From a virus (taxonomy: Duplodnaviria > Heunggongvirae > Uroviricota > Caudoviricetes): a stretch of DNA of 37,367 bases. How positions within the stretch are numbered: position 1 is the first letter of the stretch; each line of letters starts with the position of its first letter. Location of the stretch: the IMG/VR virus record IMGVR_UViG_3300042934_000563, one strand, 5' to 3'. The translations under genes were made by a program, and so were the position numbers. Under the pieces are notes generated by a model that saw only the letters and a list, made by a program, of their open reading frames with translations, did not search any database and was not told the DNA's origin. This document shows, piece after piece, positions 1-8,716 of the stretch.

Positions 1-2
1 AA

Positions 3-329
3 CTCCGCAACTACTACGACAACACCGACACCAGCGAACCCATCGAAACCTCCACCCTCGACACCAACTGCATATCGTTCAACCAGGACACCGAGGTCAC
101 CGTATGGGTGAACTCCCAAGGGTTCAGCCCACCCGGCCCACCCATCAGCAACTACCTCGTCACCGTCCAATTCGGATCCACCGAACTCCCCGGCTACGCC
201 GACATCGCCTACACCGGAGACGACGACTACGACAAACAGCAATGCCTCATCGCCGCCCAAGTCATGCTCGACCACTTCCGGTCCGCACTCATCACCGCGC
301 GCATACCGAAGGACATCCAACGACAATGA
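3..329 (+). CDS. hypothetical protein, 5'-truncated by the window edge
   Basis: Frame is open from base 3 (LRNYYDNTDTSEPIE...) to TGA 327-329, with C-ending codons. The stop overlaps the next ATG (ATGA). Confidence 0.75.
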   Translation, partial: LRNYYDNTDTSEPIETSTLDTNCISFNQDTEVTVWVNSQGFSPPGPPISNYLVTVQFGSTELPGYADIAYTGDDDYDKQQCLIAAQVMLDHFRSALITARIPKDIQRQ

Positions 330-682
330 CCACCACCGCGCAAGCCCTCACCCTCACCATCTCAAAACTCCTCTACCAGGCAGAACTCAAAACCAAAGTC
401 GCCGAGACCTTCAAACAGTGCCTCACCGACACCTACCGCCCCCACGTCCTCCAAAACAAGCTCTACGGCGACACCATCGAATACCTCCAGGAAGACCTCA
501 CCACCCGCCAACAAGCCACCGACACCCTCCTGGAGGGCCTCCAGAACCTCACCCACGAAACCACCCAACTCGCCGACGCCTACGAAAAAGGACACCAAAC
601 ACTCGTAGCCCGCGACCTCCGCGACCTACGCGACACCCTCACCGAACACCTCACCCAATACCGCGAAGACGTAGGCCCATGA
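326..682 (+). CDS. hypothetical protein, 118 aa, helical/coiled-coil-like
   Basis: ATGA overlaps at both ends; MTTTAQALTLTISKLLYQAELK...; typical codon bias. Confidence 0.8.
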   Translation: MTTTAQALTLTISKLLYQAELKTKVAETFKQCLTDTYRPHVLQNKLYGDTIEYLQEDLTTRQQATDTLLEGLQNLTHETTQLADAYEKGHQTLVARDLRDLRDTLTEHLTQYREDVGP

Positions 683-846
683 CCAACACCACCCCCAAAA
701 CCCCCTTCACCATCCGAATCGACCCCACACAGCTGGAGGCCCTCAAAGAAACCGCATGGCGCAAACGCACCAACCCCAGCGACATCGTTCGCCAACTCAT
801 CGACGCCTACCTATCCGACCCCACCGACTACACCGACGTGACCTGA
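679..846 (+). CDS. ribbon-helix-helix (CopG/Arc-like) DNA-binding protein, 55 aa
   Basis: MTNTTPKTPFTIRIDPTQLEALKETAWRKRTNPSDIVRQLIDAYL fits the RHH pattern: alternating beta strand (FTIRI), helix, then S-x-I-V-R-x-L-I helix. Coupled start and stop. Confidence 0.8.
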   Translation: MTNTTPKTPFTIRIDPTQLEALKETAWRKRTNPSDIVRQLIDAYLSDPTDYTDVT

Positions 847-1055
847 TGACCTACCCACCGCCACCACCCAAACGCCCCAAAGAAACCGACGCAGCCCACC
901 GAGCCCGAGTAGCCCGGTGGGCACGCTGGTACCACCAAGAGCCGCGCGTCGACCACTGGTACACCTCCGACACCGAGGTAGCCGAGTATCGTGCCTGGGC
1001 AGACTCCACCCACTGGCACAACACACTCATCGAACGACTCACCCAAGGAAAATGA
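846..1055 (+). CDS. hypothetical protein, 69 aa
   Basis: TGATG overlap upstream and ATGA overlap downstream; MTYPPPPPKRPKETDAAHRARVARW... Confidence 0.7.
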   Translation: MTYPPPPPKRPKETDAAHRARVARWARWYHQEPRVDHWYTSDTEVAEYRAWADSTHWHNTLIERLTQGK

Positions 1056-1438
1056 CCATGGCACTCAGACCCCGCATCAAACCCACCAAAATCGAACCCA
1101 CCATCGAACCCACCGTATTCCGCGTCTCATGCGTCCCCATGGACCACGAAGACGCCTACCACCTCAGCATCACCGTAGAACGCCGAGGCCCCAACTCCTG
1201 GGCGGTATGCCGCTTCGGCGAATGCTGCACCAAAGCCGGAGCATGGGCCCGCGAATCCAACCCCAGCAGCCGCACCGACCGCTACAAACGCGCCCGCCGA
1301 TTCCCCCTCGAACAAGCCCTCGCCATCGCTTGCCGCGAAGCACAACGCATCAACGTCAACGGCTACAGCGTCGACGAAGTCATCGCCCGACGCGCACAAT
1401 GGGACGCCGAAGAAACCACACCGAAGGAAGACAACTAG
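1052..1438 (+). CDS. hypothetical protein, 128 aa
   Basis: Coupled start; globular-looking sequence (...HLSITVERRGPNSWAVCRFGECC...). GAAGGAAG near its end serves as the RBS of the next gene. Confidence 0.75.
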   Translation: MTMALRPRIKPTKIEPTIEPTVFRVSCVPMDHEDAYHLSITVERRGPNSWAVCRFGECCTKAGAWARESNPSSRTDRYKRARRFPLEQALAIACREAQRINVNGYSVDEVIARRAQWDAEETTPKEDN

Positions 1439-1560
1439 TGGACACCATCACCTGGCAGCAAGCCCTACCCCTCACCGTCCTCGCCCTCACCGGACCCCCC
1501 AGCCTCGCCGTCCTATGGGGGACCATGGTCACCGGACACTGGCCCTGGCAACGCCGCTAA
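1438..1560 (+). CDS. small membrane protein, 40 aa
   Basis: GTG overlapping the upstream TAG; hydrophobic stretch LPLTVLALTGPPSLAVLWGTMV. Confidence 0.6.
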   Translation: MDTITWQQALPLTVLALTGPPSLAVLWGTMVTGHWPWQRR

Positions 1561-1586
1561 CCCCCACCAACAGAACGGACACCCAC

Positions 1587-2087
1587 ATGACCGACGACCG
1601 CCCATTCGGCGACGACGACGACCGCGAACCCCTCTACACCGGAGAACACGACGGCATCCCGTGGATGATCTACGGCGCACCAAGCAACCAAGCACTCAAC
1701 GGCTACGCCCGGATCCCCGACGGCTACACCATCAACACCGACCACCTCGAAGTCCACGGCGGCATCACCTACGGCTACACCAACGACCACGACGACCCCG
1801 ACAGCTGGGCCGAATACGGCACCGGATGGGTAGGGTTCGACACCTCCCACTTCGGAGACGTATGGGACAAAGACGAACTCACCCTCGCCGTCGGACATCT
1901 CGCCGTCAAACGCGGCGAAGCAGCCCACGCAGCCTTCGCCTCCACCTACCTCTCCGCCCTCCTCGAAGCACTCGCACCCGCCACCGACGACCACACCGGC
2001 ACCACCTGGACCATCGAAAGACTGATGGCAGAGTGCGAGAAACTCGCCGGACAAATAGCCGAATACGTGAAAGCGCACCCACTATGA
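1587..2087 (+). CDS. hypothetical protein, 166 aa
   Basis: ATG after GAACGGAC; contains NGYARIP...LEVHGGITY...GWVGFDTSHFGD, a motif set I recognise from conserved phage hypotheticals (HGGITY / GFDxxH). Confidence 0.8.
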   Translation: MTDDRPFGDDDDREPLYTGEHDGIPWMIYGAPSNQALNGYARIPDGYTINTDHLEVHGGITYGYTNDHDDPDSWAEYGTGWVGFDTSHFGDVWDKDELTLAVGHLAVKRGEAAHAAFASTYLSALLEALAPATDDHTGTTWTIERLMAECEKLAGQIAEYVKAHPL

Positions 2088-2392
2088 CCATCCACGTCAA
2101 CATCACCCGCGAAGTCATCGCCACCCGCTACATCGTCACCGACAACCTCACCGGCAAACGCGTCTTCTACACCCCCAACGCCGCCGACACCCCCACACAG
2201 CAGGCCGAGGAACTCCGAGCCTGGGCACGCGCCTACAACGCCCTAGCCGACGACATAGCCGCACACAAACCACCATCCGGCACCATCCCCATCGACGACA
2301 ACGAACGCAACCTACGGAACTGGGCCAAAAGCGTCATCGACGCACCCGAGGGCTCGTTCTCCGCCTACACCGACCCCCGGAGACCCTCATGA
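2084..2392 (+). CDS. hypothetical protein, 102 aa
   Basis: ATGA coupling at both ends. Confidence 0.75.
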   Translation: MTIHVNITREVIATRYIVTDNLTGKRVFYTPNAADTPTQQAEELRAWARAYNALADDIAAHKPPSGTIPIDDNERNLRNWAKSVIDAPEGSFSAYTDPRRPS

Positions 2393-2565
2393 GATACCGC
2401 ATCGTCCAGGACGGCACCGGCAGCCACTTCATCTACGTCCGCAAATGGTGGCAACCGTTCTGGGACTACGAACACCAGTATGCGCAGCTCAAAACCGCCC
2501 TAGAGCACGTCGAACGCATGAAAGCGGAACAGCGGCGCACCGTAGTTGTGGAGGGCACACTATGA
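2389..2565 (+). CDS. hypothetical protein, 58 aa (absent from the ORF track)
   Basis: Manual translation MRYRIVQDGTGSHFIYVRKWWQPFWDYEHQYAQLKTALEHVERMKAEQRRTVVVEGTL; ATGA overlaps at both ends. Confidence 0.75.
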   Translation: MRYRIVQDGTGSHFIYVRKWWQPFWDYEHQYAQLKTALEHVERMKAEQRRTVVVEGTL

Positions 2566-2825
2566 CCACCCCGCGCGTCGCCATCGACATGAACGAACTA
2601 GCCCGCAACGGACTCATCCTGTCCCACCGCAGCTGGTACCACGACCTACCCGACGGCGACCCCGTCGGCACGTGGGTACTCGCCACCGACATCACCGACG
2701 CCATATCGTTCCCCGCGCAAATAGTGGAATCGACCGGCATGATCCACTACCTCAAATTCCTCCAGGAGGACGTTGACGCCGCCTACGACCGGCAAGCCAA
2801 AGGCATCATCGACGACATCCTCTAG
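2562..2825 (+). CDS. hypothetical protein, 87 aa
   Basis: ATGA-coupled start; last gene before the convergent hairpin. Confidence 0.75.
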   Translation: MTTPRVAIDMNELARNGLILSHRSWYHDLPDGDPVGTWVLATDITDAISFPAQIVESTGMIHYLKFLQEDVDAAYDRQAKGIIDDIL

Positions 2826-2834
2826 ACAGCGAGA

Positions 2835-2867
2835 AGCCCCCTACCATCGCCAATTTGGTAGGGGGCT
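2835..2867. terminator. hairpin between convergent operons, probable bidirectional terminator
   Basis: 12-bp perfect stem AGCCCCCTACCA / TGGTAGGGGGCT with a 9-nt loop. Confidence 0.75.
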
Positions 2868-2901
2868 CCTCTATGCCCAATCCACTTAGACAAGACCGAC
2901 A

Positions 2902-3048
2902 CTACTCGGGCGTCGACTCTGTCCGTATATTCGTCACATCCGAATCAGGGCAATGACGACAAGGGATCCATCTACCACATCCCTCACACACGAACGGGCC
3001 ATCGCCCCAATCGTCGAACTCACCCGCCACATCACCCCACACGGCCAC
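2902..3048 (-). CDS. small Cys4 zinc-finger-like protein, 48 aa
   Basis: Manual translation MAVWGDVAGEFDDWGDGPFVCEGCGRWIPCRHCPDSDVTNIRTESTPE. GTG directly follows the upstream TAG, with GGAG upstream. Confidence 0.65.
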   Translation of the reverse strand: MAVWGDVAGEFDDWGDGPFVCEGCGRWIPCRHCPDSDVTNIRTESTPE

Positions 3049-3162
3049 CTAATCACCCCACTCCTCCAGAATCGCCAGCGTCTCCCACCACCGAGCAATC
3101 TCCGCCTCTATCAGCGCAGATAACTCCGGCGACGGCTCCACCACACCATCCGATGCACTCAT
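3049..3162 (-). CDS. small acidic protein, 37 aa
   Basis: MSASDGVVEPSPELSALIEAEIARWWETLAILEEWGD; ATGA overlap with the upstream ORF, GGGAGG RBS. Confidence 0.65.
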   Translation of the reverse strand: MSASDGVVEPSPELSALIEAEIARWWETLAILEEWGD

Positions 3163-3275
3163 ACCCACCTCCCCCACTTCTCCCGCAGCAGCGCGTCGAT
3201 ACACGGACGGCAGCCCGACCACTGCCACCACCGCAGCGGAGCCTTACAGCGCCCGCACACATGAATCTTTCTCAC
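3159..3275 (-). CDS. small Cys4 protein, 38 aa
   Basis: MRKIHVCGRCKAPLRWWQWSGCRPCIDALLREKWGRWV; GTGA and ATGA overlaps. Confidence 0.65.
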   Translation of the reverse strand: MRKIHVCGRCKAPLRWWQWSGCRPCIDALLREKWGRWV

Positions 3276-3436
3276 CGCGACCACCCCAGACCACCATCTG
3301 ACTCCGCGTCGACGCGCGAACCGCGCCCCGTCCACGGCGATGGACAGCTCAAAGTAAGCGCACACTTACACCGACGGCACGCATTCAACTGCCACCACCG
3401 CAGCTCGACAAAACACCAGCAGCATCGCCTACGCAC
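3272..3436 (-). CDS. small Cys-rich protein, 54 aa, paralogue of 3159-3275
   Basis: MRRRCCWCFVELRWWQLNACRRCKCALTLSC...; GTG overlaps the upstream TAG, GGAGG RBS. Confidence 0.6.
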   Translation of the reverse strand: MRRRCCWCFVELRWWQLNACRRCKCALTLSCPSPWTGRGSRVDAESDGGLGWSR

Positions 3437-3792
3437 TAGAGCACCTCCAGACCATCGTCGACGAACTCACACACCGAGCCCGCCATGCACGTCGGACACG
3501 TCATCGACGACAGCCCCACGAACAGCTCCAGCCGCCACATCACCATCGGCAACCAGAACAACGGACACCCACACGTGAACCGCAAACTCACCGACCGAAC
3601 CGCCATACCTAACCCATCCACATCGTCCATATACCGCGTAAGCACCACCGGACCATCGCAACCAAACGCAACATATCCACCACGGCAACCGCCCTCTACC
3701 TGCAACGATGCACTATTTGCATAGTTGTCACGTATGTAGTCTGCAATGAGTTGCATCTCTGGTGTGGTCAAATCGCTGATGTTGACTGTCAT
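3436..3792 (-). CDS. hypothetical protein, 118 aa
   Basis: ATGA overlap with the upstream gene; CGC and CPTC motifs. Confidence 0.7.
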   Translation of the reverse strand: MTVNISDLTTPEMQLIADYIRDNYANSASLQVEGGCRGGYVAFGCDGPVVLTRYMDDVDGLGMAVRSVSLRFTCGCPLFWLPMVMWRLELFVGLSSMTCPTCMAGSVCEFVDDGLEVL

Positions 3793-4658
3793 AAGTCAAC
3801 CGCGTCGACTTGTTCGACCATGGCGTTGCAGTGTTCGATGCAGTGCATGGTGGCTACCTTCTGGAGGTCCTCGCTGGTCCAGGGGCTCACGTAGCAGACT
3901 TTGGTGTAGGTGCATCCGCAAGCGAACTTGCAGACGACATCCTGTGCTGTGCGGATCTCGTGGTCCCGTGTGGTGACTCTGTCGTCTCCGGGCCATTCGT
4001 TGGCAGGCCAGCGCTGCATGGGTTGTCCGTCCTGGTTGCGTGGGTAGTGGGTGAGTCCGTCCTCGGATACGTCGGGGAGTGTCCAGCCGGAGATTGTCGA
4101 CGACAGCGGAGGCAACGGCGGCAGCGGCCAGCGACCAGCGGCCCCGCCCCCTCCTCCGCCGCTCATCGTGACGTACATGCCGCCACCGCTACCGCCGATC
4201 AGTCCGCCCGTGGCGTAGGTGCCGGTAGCTCCAGTGGTGAGGGAGTAGGTGCCGCCACCGGAGGACCGCATCGCGTCCGCCAGCCGCTCCTGTGCCGCCT
4301 CCAGCTCCATCTGGGCCTTGCGTAGGTTCAGGTGTGCCTCCGCCTTGTCCAGCTTGGACAGCAGCGGATCTATCTGCGCCGCGACGTGAACCTCCTCCGC
4401 GATACGCAGACAGTCCTTAGCCGACTCCACCGCCAGACGTTCACGTGCGTACGCCATCGGTCCGTGCCCTCCTCCGAAGTGTGGGGAGAACGCCGACACA
4501 GGTTTGTCCGGCTCCTCCCACGTGTATTCCGGCTCCGCGCCGCCCGCTATGTGCATCTCCGTGGTGACACCGGACTCGATGGCCTCCACCACGTCCGCAT
4601 GATCTTTGGTCCAGCACTGGACGACTCCGCGCCCCGTCCGACGACGTACGACTGTCAT
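3789..4658 (-). CDS. hypothetical protein, 289 aa (coiled coil, Gly-rich linker, Cys/His-rich C-terminus)
   Basis: ATG at 4658 overlaps the primase stop (ATGA). The ORF-track start at 4778 lies inside the primase gene and is unlikely. Confidence 0.75.
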   Translation of the reverse strand: MTVVRRRTGRGVVQCWTKDHADVVEAIESGVTTEMHIAGGAEPEYTWEEPDKPVSAFSPHFGGGHGPMAYARERLAVESAKDCLRIAEEVHVAAQIDPLLSKLDKAEAHLNLRKAQMELEAAQERLADAMRSSGGGTYSLTTGATGTYATGGLIGGSGGGMYVTMSGGGGGGAAGRWPLPPLPPLSSTISGWTLPDVSEDGLTHYPRNQDGQPMQRWPANEWPGDDRVTTRDHEIRTAQDVVCKFACGCTYTKVCYVSPWTSEDLQKVATMHCIEHCNAMVEQVDAVDL

Positions 4659-7627
4659 TCCGGCGCATCCCCCGCCAGCGCCGACCCCATCGCCGACAGT
4701 GACCGACCGCGCCACTCCTCCACGTCCGGGATACCGATACGGGTACGCGGCGACGACGGCATCGGCATTCCCATCCATCCGGTAGTGGCACCGGCAGCGC
4801 CCTCACGCAGCACCAGGAACGCGCCCATCTCCTCGGACGCTGTAAGCCCGTACACCGCTGTCTGTTTGGTGCGCCTGCCATCGTCCAGTCGGACGTTCAC
4901 GCGGGTGTCCGGGACGTGGATAGCCGGGTACGCCGACCGGATAGACGAGAGCATCTCGCGCTCGGACATGAAATTGGTGGCAGTAGCGCCGCGCGCCTGT
5001 GTCATGTCCAGCCAGTCGCGGTAGAGCGAGTGCAGATCCTTCAACGTGAGGAACTCGGTGCGGACGACCTCGGGATCCTCCGGCGAAATAGGGCGGAGGT
5101 ACTGGAGGAACGTGCCGATCTCCGAGGAGTCCAACAGGCTGGACTTGGTACCAGCGTAGACAGCCGTCGGAGGGTTCAGGCCGACGCGTAGGTACTCCGC
5201 CGCGCCCTCCACCACCCAGTTCAGGATTCCGGGAAGCTCGGGCATGATGTCGCGCTCAAACAGTTTCTCGTCTGGTGTGGGGAGCGTCGGGTCCGAGGCC
5301 GAGTGTCCGTGCGGGAACTCGACGAAACATGCGCGACGCGCGACACCGGAGTCCACCGAAGTCATCTTCGGCAGCGTGTTCGACATGAACACCAACCGGC
5401 CAGGCGTCATCGAAAAGTTGTCGCGGCCCTTGAACGCGGCCCGCTGTACCGAACCGTCGGTGAACCCCTTGAGGAAAGACGAGTCCATATGTGAGCCGCC
5501 CTCGAATGCTTCGTTACAGGTCAGCAGACGGGAACCGGCGACCGTCGCCAGCTCGAACTTGCGTCCGTTGTCGGAGATGCCACGCGTGAACACAGCAGGG
5601 GAGATAGTCGACCAGTAGCCGGTACCGTCACCGAACAGCGCGCGCGGGATGTCCTCGAACACCGTCGACTTACCGGAACCACCAGGACCATGCACCACCA
5701 GGAACGAATCGGATGACCAGTCACCGAGAATCGCCGCCCCCAGGTACCGCTGAATCAGTCCCATGACCTCCGCAGCCGCCGCGCGGTCCCCACCGACCAT
5801 CACAGCACCCTCCAGGAACGCCAGGAACTTAGGGCACTCCGCCCCCTCCACGTACCCGACCGGCATCCGCTTAGTTGTCTTGTGGATCGGATCCGCAGGC
5901 TCAAAGCCCTTAGTCTTCACGTCCAGCAACCCGTTAGCTACTGCAATTCTGGTGCCTGTGTTGTCGAAGTCCTCGCGCCTAGCCCCTACTGAGCTGCGAT
6001 TCTTGAGCATATCTGTTATATGTCCGATCTCGGTGGCGTGGGTGCCAGGGCGATCGGTTAGTCGGTAGTAAACGTGTGAGGGTCCGAAGGATTTGGTGAG
6101 TTCGTCCATCTCGTCCGGCAGCAGCCCTTGACGTGGCGCTCGGATGGTGTCGACTACGTCGTAGGCCGCATAGTTCTGTGCGAGTGCCTGGATTACGTAC
6201 GCGGACACGCTGGTCTTCTGTCCACCGTTCTCCCACACGTAGCGTTCGTCGTTGTGGGCCCACCACTCGCCGTCTCCGCCTCCACCGTTCTGAACCCACT
6301 GGTGGGTGGCCGAGAAGTCCTCCGCGAGCGCGGTAGCGATGTCGACGTGAGTGTTGCGCACCAGGATCCGACCGTCACCCGTCATCGCCTCTTTGGGGTG
6401 GTACCACTGTCGCTTGCCGCCGCGCAGCGGTAGCGGGGGCTCCACGTACGTCTCCGGCGCTGGCATACCGACCGGCATCGGGATCGAGTAGTACGTCTCC
6501 GCCTGGAGGAATGTTTCGTACTTGACGGACTCCGCGTCAGCGGCGTACTTCGCCTGTACCTTGCCGACCGCCCATTTGAGCAAGTCGACGTACTCGCGCA
6601 TCGCGGATTCCTCATCGCGGACGTTGCCGCCGACGGCAGCGCGCCGCGCGTCGGTCCGCATCTCCACGAAAGCATCACCGGCAGCGTCGATAGCGTCGGC
6701 AGCGGCCACGAATCCCGCTAGCGCCATCTGCATCAGGTCGATCAGGCCAGGCAGCCAGGCACCGTGCAGTGTCTTCGCATCCGCCTGCATCCGCATGAAG
6801 TCCAGGTGCTCATCGAGCAGTTCCGGGTTGCGCGCCGTCGTGCATGAATCTCGGAACGCGTTGATCGAGTCCAGGGATGCCTCCCCGACATCCAACTCGA
6901 CACCGTTCCACGTCGTCTGTTGCCTCTTGGACTCCAGCCATTGCGCCATACGCTCTGACATCGCCGGTACCGGCCCCGTACGCATCCACTTGTACCGGCG
7001 ACCCAACGCAGCTTTCTCGTGCGCAGACGGGGCACTGACAGCGATGGCCGTGCCGTGGCGAATCTCGCCGCACGACGATTCCATCCCCTCCGCCGTCGGA
7101 ATCGCCGACGTGTGTCCGTACCGCCGCGCCGGATCCGCCTGGAAGTAGTAGTGGCCGCGACGTTCGTCACGCTCACTGGAGGACTGGAAGGGGGCAGCGT
7201 TCAGCTCTTCCCACGCCCACTCCGGGACCTGGTCCGACGCGTCCACGTCGACGATGACCACGTTCGGTCCGGCATGGACGCCGAGGCCCAGAGACGCGAA
7301 CGGGACCTCACGGTAGAGGTCCGCACGTAGGTTTAGCTCCGCCAGCGTTCGGCTACTCCCGTTGCCCTCGGTAAACCACGACTCCAGCTTGTCCGGGTCG
7401 GAGGATGACTTGCGCTGCCAATCCTTGCCGAGCAGCCCGCCCGGATTCTTGGACGCCGACTTGCCGGGGGTGGCAGCCGTCGGCACCGACGTAAGGGGCA
7501 CAACCTGGAAACCAGCAGACGCAAAGGCAAGTGCAGCGTTTAGGAGCGTCAGATCGTTATCTAGCAAACTGTCCGGTATCACCATGTCAGGTGCTGTAAC
7601 AGGGGTACTTGGGGTAGGATCGGACAT
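4655..7627 (-). CDS. DNA primase/polymerase (AEP prim-pol) fused to a D5-like SF3 helicase, about 990 aa
   Basis: N-terminus has GLGVHAGPNVVIVDVD and GHYYF prim-pol motifs. C-terminus has Walker A GPGGSGKST, Walker B LLTCNE and motif C LVFMSN. Start placed at MSDPTP (7627) after AAAGAAG. Confidence 0.92.
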   Translation of the reverse strand: MSDPTPSTPVTAPDMVIPDSLLDNDLTLLNAALAFASAGFQVVPLTSVPTAATPGKSASKNPGGLLGKDWQRKSSSDPDKLESWFTEGNGSSRTLAELNLRADLYREVPFASLGLGVHAGPNVVIVDVDASDQVPEWAWEELNAAPFQSSSERDERRGHYYFQADPARRYGHTSAIPTAEGMESSCGEIRHGTAIAVSAPSAHEKAALGRRYKWMRTGPVPAMSERMAQWLESKRQQTTWNGVELDVGEASLDSINAFRDSCTTARNPELLDEHLDFMRMQADAKTLHGAWLPGLIDLMQMALAGFVAAADAIDAAGDAFVEMRTDARRAAVGGNVRDEESAMREYVDLLKWAVGKVQAKYAADAESVKYETFLQAETYYSIPMPVGMPAPETYVEPPLPLRGGKRQWYHPKEAMTGDGRILVRNTHVDIATALAEDFSATHQWVQNGGGGDGEWWAHNDERYVWENGGQKTSVSAYVIQALAQNYAAYDVVDTIRAPRQGLLPDEMDELTKSFGPSHVYYRLTDRPGTHATEIGHITDMLKNRSSVGARREDFDNTGTRIAVANGLLDVKTKGFEPADPIHKTTKRMPVGYVEGAECPKFLAFLEGAVMVGGDRAAAAEVMGLIQRYLGAAILGDWSSDSFLVVHGPGGSGKSTVFEDIPRALFGDGTGYWSTISPAVFTRGISDNGRKFELATVAGSRLLTCNEAFEGGSHMDSSFLKGFTDGSVQRAAFKGRDNFSMTPGRLVFMSNTLPKMTSVDSGVARRACFVEFPHGHSASDPTLPTPDEKLFERDIMPELPGILNWVVEGAAEYLRVGLNPPTAVYAGTKSSLLDSSEIGTFLQYLRPISPEDPEVVRTEFLTLKDLHSLYRDWLDMTQARGATATNFMSEREMLSSIRSAYPAIHVPDTRVNVRLDDGRRTKQTAVYGLTASEEMGAFLVLREGAAGATTGWMGMPMPSSPRTRIGIPDVEEWRGRSLSAMGSALAGDAPE

Positions 7628-7731
7628 CGAGGCTTCTTTCAGGTAACGGGGGCCAAATAGCCACCGTTCGCAGCGGTGGCTATTTGCATGAAAGGGATTG
7701 TTCACAGGGCGTCGACCCTCGGTAACAGCTC

Positions 7732-7760
7732 ACCTTACAGCCCGAATCACACGCGTGTAA
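7732..7760 (-). promoter_or_regulatory. putative sigma70-type promoter for the primase operon
   Basis: Minus strand TTACAC-17 nt-TAAGGT, about 105 nt upstream of the start; the -35 is overlapped by a TTACA-N4-TGTGA near-palindrome. Confidence 0.55.
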
Positions 7761-7876
7761 TTGACTGCATTAGCCTCAAACTCGGGTCACCGATACAGTG
7801 ACCAGCACCAACGCCCATATATAGTTACGACACAACCACCGCACCCCCACATATAGGTGGTTAGGAGAACAAAGAC

Positions 7877-8671
7877 ATGACCACCCCGCACCAGACACCA
7901 GCGACATCCCCGCGTTTCGCCGACATCGTCCCCACCGAAAAACTAGGCATCGACCCCGAAAACCCCGACCACTTCGCCATCCGAGAACTCGACACCACCG
8001 TCGCCACCAACCCCGACGGCAGCCCCCGGCTGGTCGGAGCCAACCACCACATCACCCCCCTCGACCTCGCCGTCGCCCGCGACATCGTCAACACGCGCCG
8101 CGACCGCTGGGAAGGGCACGACGCCGACGAAACGCCCTACAGCGACACCCCGAAGCGCCAGAACATCCGCGACTCCAGCCGCCGCTACGTATTCGACGGC
8201 ATCCGACTCGCACAAGTCTCCAGCGACACCGACTACAAACCACGCTGGACCGAGATCGAGATTTACCGCACCAACGGCGGCATGTTCATCTCCCACCGCA
8301 TCGGATCCACCGCAGTCGCACACATCGACGGTTGCCGCATCCTCACCGAGTTCAACCGCCGCTACGCCACCATCAACAGCATCGCCTCCGACGAGATCGA
8401 CATCCTCGACCGCGCACCCTGCCCCGAATGCCTCACCGAGGACAAATACGACGAATACCGGACCAACCACCCCGAAGAACTCCGGTTCGAGCGCGACCGC
8501 CACACCGTCACCATCAACGAAACACCCGAAGACCTCATCCAAACCCTCTACACCACCAAAAAGGGCGTACGGAAACTAGGCCCCCTAGCCGCCTCCGCCC
8601 TCCAGATCGCCGCCGACCGCTCCCCCGAGCTGGCAGCAGTGTTCTACGCCAACGACGCAGACACCGCCTAA
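7877..8671 (+). CDS. hypothetical protein, 264 aa
   Basis: AGGAG RBS; YVFDGIRLAQVSS...PRWTEIEIYRT motif resembling conserved actinophage hypotheticals; CPEC. Confidence 0.85.
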   Translation: MTTPHQTPATSPRFADIVPTEKLGIDPENPDHFAIRELDTTVATNPDGSPRLVGANHHITPLDLAVARDIVNTRRDRWEGHDADETPYSDTPKRQNIRDSSRRYVFDGIRLAQVSSDTDYKPRWTEIEIYRTNGGMFISHRIGSTAVAHIDGCRILTEFNRRYATINSIASDEIDILDRAPCPECLTEDKYDEYRTNHPEELRFERDRHTVTINETPEDLIQTLYTTKKGVRKLGPLAASALQIAADRSPELAAVFYANDADTA

Positions 8672-8716
8672 TCTGCTAGCCTGCCCAGACGCACCACCAC
8701 CCACCGAAGGACACAC

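Noticed and set aside
2953-3724. Plus-strand ORFs 2953-3123, 3153-3578 and 3485-3724
   Set aside because: They lie beyond the terminator and have poor protein-like content. The minus-strand chain has five consecutive start/stop couplings and RBSs. The 3485 frame shares wobble positions with the minus gene, so its codon bias is uninformative.
7628-7705. Longer primase start proposed by the ORF track
   Set aside because: The 26 extra residues have atypical composition and fall in the leader just downstream of the predicted promoter. ATG 7627 has a purine-rich RBS.
7761-7825. TTGACT and TATAGT as a plus-strand promoter for 7877
   Set aside because: They are about 53 nt apart, and neither has a partner hexamer at 16-19 nt. 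A promoter must exist here but I cannot place it.
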